Of a stretch of DNA of 64,000 nucleotides, positions 23,057 through 34,342 are shown one piece after another. The stretch covers positions 13,888,001 to 13,952,000 of the forward strand of contig CM119371.1 of NCBI GenBank assembly GCA_051294905.1, in the 5' to 3' direction. Position numbers and translations under genes: made by a program. The stretch's first letter is position 1. Every line of letters starts with the position of its first letter. Origin of the DNA: Botryllus schlosseri (Eukaryota). Below the pieces are notes generated by a model. It saw only the letters and a program-made list of their open reading frames with translations. It had not been told where the DNA came from and did not search any database.

Positions 23057-24664
23057 CTATATCTTCACTATTGCAGATCCACAGATACCGAAAGATTGAT
23101 CTCCTTCCATGGTGATGCTACACCATCTTTTCTTCACTAAATCATATTTTTCAATGATATCAAGCTGAAAGTCAAACGTATCCAGTACAAAAATCCAATT
23201 GCCGATGTGATAAGCGGTGTTGCGTCCATGATCAAAATTCATAGATGACAATGAAGTCCATTGAGCTGAAGTAACATCGTAACATTCTACATTGTTGATA
23301 TATCCTCCACTCAACCCACCTGTCACAAATATCTTTTGATCGATTGCAACCGCACCGCATCCACAAGTAGGATATCTCATTGGTTCGAGGATAACCCACT
23401 CTAATGAGGATGGAGTAAATCTGTAGAATGAAGAAACTTCAAAGCCATCTTGTGTTTCACCTCCGATACAATAGATTGAATCATTCAATGATACAAGACT
23501 TGCATCACAAATTGCCGTAGGCAAGTTTCCCTGTGGAAACCATTGATTGACTGAGGGGTCGAATCTTTCCACATCATCCGTTACTAATTTTTCGCTTCCT
23601 CCAATGAGAAATATGGAAGCGCAAAATAACACTGAGCTAGGTAGCCCACCGTGGTCACAAATCATATCTTCCATCCTTTGCCATTTTGCGTTTTTTCTTA
23701 CAACATCGAGTCGATGAACTGATTTATTGTCGCATAAAATATAAATATACTGGCGATAAGAAATCATTGAGAAACGATCTTCATTGACCATCTTTTCGTT
23801 GTGAAACTTGGTTATTTTCTCTGTTCTTGGATTAAGGGATAGAATACAATTATCGTAATCATCAAATATAACCATTAATTCTTTTCTCTCAATTTGTTCA
23901 ACTGAAAATTCCGGAAGATGTCCGGTAATCAACTTGTACAAGTGCGAGTCGTTTCTGATAACAGGGTAAGTTTCTAGAAGTTGTTGTAAAAATGCAGGAG
24001 GAATTCCATCACACTCGATCAATTCTAAAAATTCATGCAAATATTCCTTCTTTTCACATGTCTCGATCCACCTGAGCGATAACTCTAGTTTTTCTTCTTC
24101 CAATAACTTCCGATTTGAGACCTTTAAAGAACTTAAAACGTCAGCTTTTTCAACACTGCCAAATCCAGCTTGGCTTGCAATTTCCATGATATTTTCTTGT
24201 AAAAACATTCGGCATCTCAAAGCAACATCGACCAGCCCATAAATATCAGCAATATTTCTTGTAGAGAAGTAGTTGTCAACAGTGATTGATTCCGCCAAAG
24301 TATCAGATATTGCATGCTTTACGTCTTCCAACTGCAGAATGATTGCGACGTGAAGAAGTTCAATGTTTTTCCCGTCAGGAATCTCAACTTTACTTGAATA
24401 TATAAAATCGATGCAATTTTTCATACACTCGGAATCTACATCTTTAAAAACGATTCTTCCTTCACGACTTTCTTTCGTGTCATGCTTTAGCATAGCTCTG
24501 AAATAATCCGAACCAGCCGACAACATATTTTTGTGGGCGTGATAGACATCATTCCCGACTTGAACTATGAAATCACAATGATCTTCATCTTGTTTCATTC
24601 GATGTAAGTGCTCGAGCATCTTCACTGCATGTTTCTCGACGTCTTGACAAACAACTTGCACCAT
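23057..24664 (-). CDS. BTB-BACK-Kelch protein B1 (KLHL-like), intact, 535 aa from the first ATG
   Basis: Single uninterrupted ORF. BTB (CDFIVQVG, AHKNMLSAGSDYFRAML), BACK (TVDNYF, IMEI, EEEKL), Kelch repeats IFLIGG, IYCIGG, IFVTGG with YD...W. Confidence 0.95.
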   Translation of the reverse strand: MVQVVCQDVEKHAVKMLEHLHRMKQDEDHCDFIVQVGNDVYHAHKNMLSAGSDYFRAMLKHDTKESREGRIVFKDVDSECMKNCIDFIYSSKVEIPDGKNIELLHVAIILQLEDVKHAISDTLAESITVDNYFSTRNIADIYGLVDVALRCRMFLQENIMEIASQAGFGSVEKADVLSSLKVSNRKLLEEEKLELSLRWIETCEKKEYLHEFLELIECDGIPPAFLQQLLETYPVIRNDSHLYKLITGHLPEFSVEQIERKELMVIFDDYDNCILSLNPRTEKITKFHNEKMVNEDRFSMISYRQYIYILCDNKSVHRLDVVRKNAKWQRMEDMICDHGGLPSSVLFCASIFLIGGSEKLVTDDVERFDPSVNQWFPQGNLPTAICDASLVSLNDSIYCIGGETQDGFEVSSFYRFTPSSLEWVILEPMRYPTCGCGAVAIDQKIFVTGGLSGGYINNVECYDVTSAQWTSLSSMNFDHGRNTAYHIGNWIFVLDTFDFQLDIIEKYDLVKKRWCSITMEGDQSFGICGSAIVKI

Positions 24665-25519
24665 GATCACCAATCACTCGTAAAGAATATATACCGTATA
24701 GGCAAACAAAGATTTGTGCTGTTTAGAAAATAAACATAATTAGATATCAACTAATGCTGAGTCATGAGCAGTCAAATACAGAGATATACATATAGCATAG
24801 TGATAAAAGAACTTGCATTGATAAACTAAAGGTAATCAAATACATTGTTTGATAATATCCAGATTTTTAACCAAGTCACAAGGTTCCGATTCAGTGGATT
24901 CACGAGTCAATATCACTCGTAAAAGTTTCCGGTCGCATTTTCAAGTATATATCAGTACTAATAAACGAAATACTCATAGTGTTGTAACTTTAATATTCTT
25001 CAATATTACAGCAGTGGTGTAGGAGCATATGCTTCCGCCCATGGCTTTCGTTAAAAATGCAGCACAAATTTTCAAATAGTTTCCAATCTTCAAATCTTGT
25101 CGCAATGACTAAAAAAAGGTCATCACCTCACATTTCGCCATCTCAAAGCAGCCTTCCGTCCGTGGCGCAGAGCCGCAAGCCACTGAATCACAGTCAAATA
25201 TAGGTATTGGCCGTCCGAGCGTCCAGTCACGCGAGTCGATGACATTTCAAGATTTGGCACACTGTAGTTGTAGGCTACATAGAAAGGTTGACGTCCCCTA
25301 AACTACATTATTTTATGGCCCCCTATGAATTTTTTATGAACTGAGAAACGATTAATAAATACTTCTTGGCGTTTAAAGTAGCAAGTGAAGAATATCCCGT
25401 ACGATCAACAACGACACGCCATTGACGATTACGATGTCCCATGTTGCGGCAAACATTAACAAGTCTCGCTTTAGGGAATTCCCGGGATAGTTTAGAAGTC
25501 GAAGATCCGTAGCGGTAGA

Positions 25520-25765
25520 GAGAGAGAGAGAGATGATATTCTTTTTCGCCTGCACCATCAAATGCTTGGACTACGGAGTTACGATACGACCGTGCGGTCA
25601 CCTAGTCTGTGCCCCCGTTTTATTCTCTTCCATTCTATCCGTGATTGCTGAGCGCCTCGCAGGATAGCTGCGGATACCAATTTTCAAGTCTTTGGTATGA
25701 CCGGGGATCGAACCAACAACCAACCGATCAAGAAGATGGACGCATCACCATTACACTATCTCGCT
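25520..25765 (-). mobile_element. tRNA-derived SINE with a Meta-SINE-like core
   Basis: A box TAGTGTAATGGT (25759-25748), B box GGTTCGATCCC (25714-25704), then GGTCATACCAAAGACTTGAAAATTGGTA...GGCGCTCAGCA, and (TC)n near the tail. Confidence 0.75.
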
Positions 25766-26518
25766 CGTTAGCGTTTCAGAAAGTCAAGTTCTGCAGACGG
25801 GCTTATAGCGACTAATCCAATATTATTAATAAGTGCAGAATAAAACAAATTTTGTTGAATAATTGTATAGGCCTATAAAAATTGAGGAACTGATCGTATT
25901 TTTGCCTCCTTTTAGCATCGCGCAGGACAGGTGGGTCCTGATTTCGAAGATTACCTTAAGTCTTTTCGACACCTCTCTATCTTTCAATATCTTTCAATAT
26001 CGCAGTTTCGTGGTGTATCGAAATTATGAAATTGATTTGAAAAAAGTCCTACTCCCACTACCATGTACATTGTACATTGTACACACGTCACTAGATGGCG
26101 GGAATAAGTGGAAATACGAGGGATTTCCCTCGGTCGAATCATCATTCATCATCGGTCATGCTTTTCCTCCATGGTTCTGTTGTTCAGTTGAAGCAGTAGA
26201 TTAAGATAAGCAACCTTCTGTTCGTGACAACAACAAGGATGTTACAGTCAAAAGTTGTTCTTGTTCGCACATGTCTCTAACGGCATTATGTCAATTGTGT
26301 CTAGTTGGGTTCTAACTATTTTGTTGGATGAAAGGATTAGCGACCTCATGATGATGAGTTGCTGCACTTATAGAAGATCCCTTTCGGATAAGGCCTATAC
26401 TTGGAAATATATTGAGTATACGCCTATTACACTGGAAAAAAACGAAAATTCATTATGGTAGGTGAGAACGATTTTATGGTACATTAGGGACGGTGAGCTC
26501 GAAGATCGCATTGGTTTC

Positions 26519-28627
26519 GGCGCTTCTTCGTTATACGATCAGAGAGAGTGAGTGCTCCCCATGGCACCTATGAACAATGTTCCCATTGAACATGATACAA
26601 TGTGACGTGTTTCACATGATATCAAGCTGTGCTGCCCCTGAACTCGATATTTTTTTCTACGCAGGCGACCTGGGTTCGATTCTCGCCAGTACCCTCTTTC
26701 TGTGAGTCGCTGCTGAGAGATCTGGTGATGGGCATGGAGATTCAAGCAAATGAGAAGCAGCAAGGATTAGAGTATGAATGACGATAACCAAAATACTTAT
26801 TTTTATATTCAATGAACACAGTGCGAAAGTGATTTTACTCGTATTTCGCATAGTCATTATGCTGTAAAGATACATTAGCGTCGTATTGGAAGTTCGGCAT
26901 TGCTCACACGATCGCTAGTTATGTCGGCTGATTAATTAAACTAATTAAATTCAGTGATTCAATCACACAATATGGTATATATGCAACAATACTGTGACAG
27001 ATAGAGTGACTCGGACTTGAGCCGCTAGTGAATTCTTGAGAGATTGACCTGCGACTAGGAACCTTCTGACTTGGTCACGACCCTGGAAACGGCTAGGAGT
27101 AGTCTTAAGATCAGACACCCACCTGGGCCTAGGCCAGGGGTTCTCAAAGGGTGGGCCATGGCCCACTGGTGGGCCACAGGAGCATTTGAGGTGGGCCACA
27201 GAGCTATTTGGAATATTGTAGAACTAGTGAAAATTTGGGTGTATTTGTTATGTTATTCGCTCAAAAATATATTCATATTATCAAATTATACGTAGGCTAC
27301 CTTACGTTTTTCATCCGACTCTGATGGGACGTAATGGCACGCATGGAGTCACAATCTACAAGTCGAAAATGGGAGGGGAAACGGAGGCTTTTATCCCCCG
27401 GCTACGTCAACCTACGGCTAACGGCAAGTTAGTGCTGAAGTGATCAAGTATTCCAGCAGGCCGTATGCCGTTGAAAGGGGTGCGCATTAAACTCGGACAG
27501 AAGTGTAGTTGATATAGACTTACGGTACCTTGGCAGGTCGTATTATTGTAGTATAAAAATAGCCATAATCGTAATTTATTATCAATTCAACTTCCTATCG
27601 AAGTATACGGCACCACCGCAACGAATCGTAATGTATTAAGGATTTAGAGAAGTGCGTGCATTAATGTTTGGAGTCGGTTTAAAATTTCCGGCCTTGAAAT
27701 CATTGTACATAATGTAAGAATCAAATGAAATGATTGTACCATTGGATTGAATGTTCTGACATCGCCACTTAAGTAGATACAGGACATACTATATGTACAT
27801 TGTACAGCTTGAACATTGAAATATTCTTTCACCAAAGAATTGTTTGAAGCTGGCCCAGCCCCAATCCGCACCACAGTGGAAGTATAACCGCAATCACACA
27901 GTTGATGTGAAGATCAGATTATTGGGTTTCGCGACGTGAGTAGAACAGCGGCCACATTAATGTACACAAAACTTATGCGATCTACCAGGACCGTAACCAA
28001 TTGGGGGAGCTCAAAGAGGCCCAAATTTCTTTGGTCGTTTGTTTGTTGGGGGAAATTTAGTCAACTTGAAAATTTTCGTCGCGCTTCGTACGATTTCATC
28101 GCTTTGACGGTCTACATTTGTAATGATCAGAAAGAGATAAATGCGCAGATTTTAGAGAAATAGGCATATCGGCGCCAGCGATGACCACGCCTTGGACGGG
28201 ACTATAACTCTAGGATAAGGGGTGGGCCACAGAACATTTTCAAACCGGAAAATGGGCCATTGGCAAAGGACGGCTGAGAACCCCTGGCCTAGGCGATGTA
28301 AAGAGGACGCAGGCATACTGAATGAAAGTAAAAGAAGATAATATAAAGTGCCAAGTGACAGAAGGCTAAATCAAGTCGTGGTCCGGTAAATGGCGAGGGC
28401 TGACTAGTATTCGTTCAGCAGAAATTGCTTGTATTTCGACTTAAATGTTGACATGCTCGACGACTGTACGATAGCCGGTGAGATACTGTTCCACGCTTCC
28501 GAGTTCAGGGGCAGCACAGCTTGATATCATGTGAAACACGTCACATTGTATCATGTTCAATGGGAACATTGTTTATAGGTACCATGGGGAGCACTCACTC
28601 TCTCTGATCGTATAACGAAGAAGCGCC
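26519..28627. mobile_element. Non-autonomous element with ~128-bp TIRs and 8-bp TSD (Merlin- or MULE-like, uncertain)
   Basis: TIRs begin GGCGCTTCTTCGTTATACG (26519-26646 and ~28500-28627). TSD TTGGTTTC (26511-26518, 28628-28635). Empty site near 50688. Confidence 0.85.
27135..28286. mobile_element. Charlie-type hAT non-autonomous element nested in a LINE 3' fragment
   Basis: TIRs CAGGGGTTCTCA and TGAGAACCCCTG. Perfect TSD GCCTAGGC. Other copies of the LINE module show a single GCCTAGGC. Confidence 0.9.
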
Positions 28628-29400
28628 TTGGTTTCTGCCAGGGTTGTAAACAAGTCACAAGGCTCCGAGTCAGGGGTCCATCTCACTTTTATAGTTTTGA
28701 AGGGTCGGAAAGCGTGTTAAAGTTGATCCCACTAATCATCGGTAATGAGATAAGTGTCATTTGACTCTTTCTGTAGCTTAAGTGAGGGGGGTGTTAATTG
28801 ACGTAATCTGACAGAATATTGTCTCTAAATGATAATTTTCCTGAAAAAACTAACTATTGCTTTATCGGTGCACTACCTACCACCGTTTCCAGTCTGGCAG
28901 ACTATGAAAGAGTGCAATATGACATGAGCCTATAAAAAGCAAGCAAAGTCATTACAAGGCTGTGTCTCACTCGAGGTAGAGTACTAACAATCCTGCAAAG
29001 TTGAATTCAATTTGGTATTACTAGGTGACACCAGCGTATCAATAACAATCGAGACTTGTGTGGGATGAAGCGATTTATTTGATACTGATCACTTGATGAT
29101 TTGAGAATGACTGGTAGATTTCCCTTCGAATCACTAGTCAATCCTCATTTCTAAAACGTTGGGTCAGGTTGAGTCATTTTTGCAAACTGACTCGAGTCAA
29201 GTCATGACTTAAGTCACCACAACACTGATTAATATTAATGTATTTGTTTACTTGTAGTGTATGAATGCGGGTAACTCTATCAACATAAATGCTTTGTATG
29301 TATTCTGACTTCATATGATACAATATCCTTTAATTTATAATCATGTTTACTTTCAGAACAATACTAATCTCCATATATCGCGTACGAGTGATTGGTGATC

Positions 29401-31019
29401 ATGGTGCAGGTTGTTCGTCTAGATGTGGAGAAACGAGCACTGAAGATGGTGGAGGAATTATATCGAATGAAGAAAGATAAGGATCATTGTGATTTCATAG
29501 TTCAAGTCGAAAATGATGTCTATCACACCCACAAAAATGTATTGTCGGCTGGTTCGGATTATTTCCAAGCCATGTTGAAGAATGATACAAAAGGGAGTCG
29601 CGAAGGAAGAGTTGTTTTAAAAGATGTTGATTCCAACTGCGTGAAAAATTGCATCGATTCTATATATTCCAGTAAGTTTGAGATTCCTGATGGAAAAATA
29701 ATTGAACTTCTTCACGTCGTAGTCATGATGCAGTTGGAAGATGTAAAGAATGCTGTATCCAATATTTTGGAGGAATCAATTACTGTTGAGAATTACTTCT
29801 CTACAAGAAATGTTGGTGATATTTATGGACTAGTCAATGTCTCTTATAGATGCACAATATTTTTACAACAGAATATTATGGAAATCGCAAACCAAGCTGG
29901 ATTTGGAAGCATGGAAGAAAATGACTTTATTAGCGTTTTGAAGTCGACAGCAACGGAATTATGGGAAGAAGAAAAAGTAGAGTTATCGCTCAAGTGGATC
30001 GAGGGATGTGAAACTTTTAAAAATATTTGTATGAATGTCTCGAATCGATTGACTTCTATAGAATATCTCCGACATTTTTGCAACATCTGGAAACTCACCC
30101 CATCATCAGAAATGACTGCAAGTCACACGAGCTGATCAGAAATCATGTTATTGGAGGGTCAGATGAAGCTGTAAATCAAAATAAATCATTAATTCTTTTT
30201 GATTGGGAAGGAGATTGCATCCGATCCTTTAATCCGATATCTGAGAAAACAAGTAAGTTACAAAATGCCAAGTTTACGCATTTTCAAGGATTTGAAACGA
30301 TTTTACTAGACTCGTATATTTACATTTTCTGCATAAATAATTCAGTTCATCGACTCAATTTTCAAAGAAAAAATTCAGAATGGCAAAAGATGGAAGGAAT
30401 GATTTGAGACCATGGGCAGTTACCTTGCTCTGTGTCATTGTCCGGATCCATATTTGTCATTGGAGGAAGTTATGGCACAGAAACAAATTATGTCGAAAGA
30501 TTTGACCCTGCAGTAAATCAATGGTTTCAACTGCAAAACAAAAGTACAGCAACTAGCGATGCATGTCTTGTAGCATTAAATGATTCCGTCTACTGTATCG
30601 GAGGTGTGCAAAATGGTTTCGCAGTTTCCTTACTCTGCAAATTTACTCAATCTTCATCAGAGTGGGTTGACCTGAAACCAGTGAAATATCCTGTGGCTGT
30701 TAATCGCGGCGGTGTTGTTGCAGTTGATCAGGAGATAATTGTGATCGGTGGCTGGAATGATTATGAGACTATCAATAACGTAGAGTGTTACAATGTAAAC
30801 TCAGATCGGTGGACTTCATTGTCATGGACATATACATATCGTGATTTAGCTACTGCAGCTTACGTAACCGGCAAATGGATTTTTGTAGTAGACAATACTG
30901 GCGACTCTATTGATATTGAGAAATATGATTTATCAAGCCACAAATGGCATAACGTTAATTTGAAATCACATGAATATCTCAGGGTTTGCGGGTTCGCAAA
31001 GGTGAATGTATTTGTATAG
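29401..31019 (+). pseudogene. BTB-BACK-Kelch gene C1 with a -1 frameshift and a nonsense codon
   Basis: One base shorter than C2 at ~30012-30025. TGA at 30405-30407 replaces the Cys of ICDHG. Otherwise collinear with the paralogs. Confidence 0.9.
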
Positions 31020-31454
31020 TCTCAGAGGTTGTCTAATTAGCCAACTGTATTACTACAGTACGAGTCAAAGTATCGCCGTAATCAGAGGTGGTCAGTAATG
31101 AGGTCATTTTACTTTTTCAAAGTACTCAAGTATTTTTCCTCTATTTCTAGTATGAACTCAAGTAGATCTACTGTTTCGATTCTTCCACTTTATCGTATTT
31201 TGTGACTTACTTACTTTTTGCTATTCACAGTTTGTAAATTGGAAGTATTGAGTAATAGAGAGAGAGTTCGACTGAAATTAAGGAACTCTTTTCTCTGAGT
31301 ACCAGCAATTATTTAACTATCATAAAATTTGAGGAATGTCCAGAATCTTGGACGTGCTCTGCACGAAATAGAAATGAAGTGACGAGTATGTTTTCATGGA
31401 AGTATCGGCCAATATAATTTGGGTTGCGTGGTTTCTTTCATACCGTATTGCCGA

Positions 31455-31835
31455 CAATGTTCCCTCTAATTCAGTGGTTCCCAACCTTTTTCCACTCACC
31501 TCCCCCTTTCTAAGCTCCACAGTCCACACTGATCATCGGCCCCCTTGAATATTGGGAACGGAAAGATCGGCAAGCAAACTGTAATAAAAAAAGACAACTT
31601 TTCGGCTCGGTCTCGAAATTACATTTTCGTGAGTTGACTAAAAAAAGGTCATTTGTCTCCAATATAGTCGTTTGAACGCACCATCCCCCCTAGATCGCCC
31701 ACGTCGAATTCTCTATGAGACTGTGCGCACTCACCGACTCACTGCGCGGTTCCTTGGACAACAGTGTGTAACAACTAAAAGAAATGTCATCACTTCGGCT
31801 TTTTTTGTGAGCAGCTTAGATTAGAGGGAACATTG
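31455..31835. mobile_element. hAT MITE (Tip100-like termini)
   Basis: TIRs CAATGTTCCCTCTAAT and ATTAGAGGGAACATTG. Flanks ATTGCCGA and ATTGCCGC match at 7/8. Confidence 0.75.
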
Positions 31836-32189
31836 ATTGCCGCCCATAGGACATGTTTCATCACAGTCAATATGGCTCAAAATAAATGTTTGGAACTATC
31901 ATATCGTAATCTGGCCTGAAACTTTTTTATCGTAATCTAGCATTCCAGCCGCGCAGACTGTGTTCAAATATGGAGAAAGTGGTACTTTAGTTTTAAGCGT
32001 TTGAGCGTCAACCGCCATTGAAACTGCCTGGACGTAATGCATAAAATATATTCCATCTTTTTAAAAATTTATAGTTGTATTTCTCTTCATGCTTTCTGCA
32101 CGGTAACGTTACAGAGAGATATCCTGATTAATCCGAGTTCTGTAGTCATGAGCAGATGCACGTGGAAGTTTAAAACTAGGTGCGCTAAG

Positions 32190-33493
32190 CAGAGGTGGTC
32201 AGTAACGAAGTATTCTACTTTTTCGAAGTACTCAAGTAGTTTTCCTCTACTTCTGGTACTTACTCAAGTAGATCTGATTTTCGCTACTTCTACTTCTACT
32301 TCCTAATATTTTGTGATCTACTTACTTACTTTTCGCTATTTTCAGTTTGTCAAGTAGAAGTAGTTCAATCTTCCAATCAGGAAGATAGCCTAAGGAATTT
32401 CGGAGCGGTTTTCACGGAGTATTAACATTGAATTTTCATAAAAGTATATTAAAGCACTGGATTTTCGTCGCGCTTCGCGCGCAGTGGATACGGAGTGACC
32501 ATGCAGTATGATTTCACGAAAGTATCGGTGAATATAATTTAGGTGGAGGGTTGGCGTGGTTCCGTTCACGCCACATTGTCGCCCTTCACCCATATGAAAT
32601 AATTCATCACAGTATGTATGGCTCATCATAACCTTTGAAGCTGATGTTTCGCAATCTAGCATTTTCTTGTCATATCGTAATCTAGCATATATGTCCATGG
32701 CGTGTCCTAATCTGGAAGAGTGGACTTTGACTTTTTATTTATTTATTTTAGAGCTGTTTTAGCATACCACCTTTGAAACTTTCTTGACTAAAAACATGAA
32801 ATACATATTCTAATTTTAGAAGTAGTATTTATATTTCACTTTCAATTCCCAGTATCATATACTTTGAGTTATAATTAATATCAGTTCTTTTGTCCGAATA
32901 ACATACATGTTGAAGTATAAAAGCAAGTGCAGTAATGCCTTTAATTTGTGGAAATAAAGCTACACAATATGGCATTTTTACGGTCCACCATATTTTTTAT
33001 TAACGTTTACTAATCGCGCAAAGTGTTTACACCGTATCCTATACAACTTCTCCATATTGCTCTTCGACTAAACTACGGGCCTTATAATATGGGGGATGGC
33101 GCCATACCATGCTATTTTCCAAAACGTGTTGTTTGAGAAAACAGAAGATTAGTATCGCATTTCCTTATCAATACTATCATTTTCATCCCATGATGTGGAC
33201 AAATGCTTATGCTATCGAAAATTGGATACCTGCTGATATGCATCAATATGAATCAAGCTCGTCACCTATCACATATAGCTCAATTTGCACCTTTTTATAA
33301 TCCATCCAATCAGGATCGTTTTCACAACTACTTACTTACTTGAGTACTTTTAAAGTCAGTCAATTCTACTTCTACTTCAAGTAGTTTTAGGTTGCTCATG
33401 AAAGAAGTACTTCTACTTGTACTTGAGTAGATTTTTTCGTCGCTACTTCTACTTTTACTTGAGTAGCTTTCTTGACTACTTTGACCACCTCTG
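32190..33493. mobile_element. hAT non-autonomous element with TACTT/AAGTA subterminal arrays
   Basis: TIRs CAGAGGTGGTCA and TGACCACCTCTG. Perfect TSD GCGCTAAG. A related left-end fragment starts at 31083. Confidence 0.9.
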
Positions 33494-34342
33494 GCGCTAA
33501 GCTAACTCAAGTTATCTTAAGCCAGCTCTCAACGCCGTTCGCGGGGCTGAGTTTAAAGCTTTTAACAGCCCATGAGAGCGTATTTAAAACTACTGCTCAC
33601 AATCACTTACTTACTTGGCACTTACAAATTTTTGAGATGTTATATTTATGGGATTTGGACTGATGTTCTTTCAACCACACAGCTGGTGTGAGGACTGAGA
33701 TTCTCAAAATTCTAGATTCGCTTATCATGGAATCAAGAGAAAGATTCACACCAAGCTATCATGAGTCAACATGTCAAATCCTATACACTTTCTTTACTTA
33801 TGTTTTCCATCACATGGAGGAGTGCCCATATGGTCATACCATCTGGTCTGATTTTAGTACTGTCAATAAATCAGGATTAATTTTATTTGAATTTGGATCC
33901 ACTGATAGGTTAGGACCATCTGGTCCTACTAGGCTGCCTAAAGTCAATTTTGGCTGAACATATGGTTATTTGGATTTAGCCACACTGGTGGAGGATTACC
34001 CGTCTACTAGTCACACCGGCTGGTGTAACATTATTGTTAACCAAAATTCTGAATGTTGGTACCGTACTATGGATATTTTAATTTAGCTGCATTGATGGCC
34101 GACTCTAGTGATTTGCCAAGTGTATCCTTAGCTATATAAGGGACTTTTCCTCAATAGTACCGTATTTATACATATACCGAGTTTTATGTATCCGAGTGTC
34201 GTTTAATCAGTAAAATACTGTTGTTACGCAGTATGATTAAATTTATGTGATACTGGTAGATATTCGTACTTACTTTTGAAACATTATGCCTGTTCTTCTA
34301 TTTTATATAGAATCTTCCTAATCAGTGATCACTTCAGCTATC

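Noticed and set aside
21421-25765. tRNA genes at A-box and B-box motifs (also 26660-26690, 42490, 47440-47490)
   Set aside because: No closed cloverleaf or acceptor stem, and the boxes run into SINE core sequence.
30405-30407. TGA at a Cys position in C1 as selenocysteine or recoding
   Set aside because: C1 is already frameshifted upstream, C2 carries all three stop types at unrelated codons, and no SECIS could be identified. Ordinary decay explains it.
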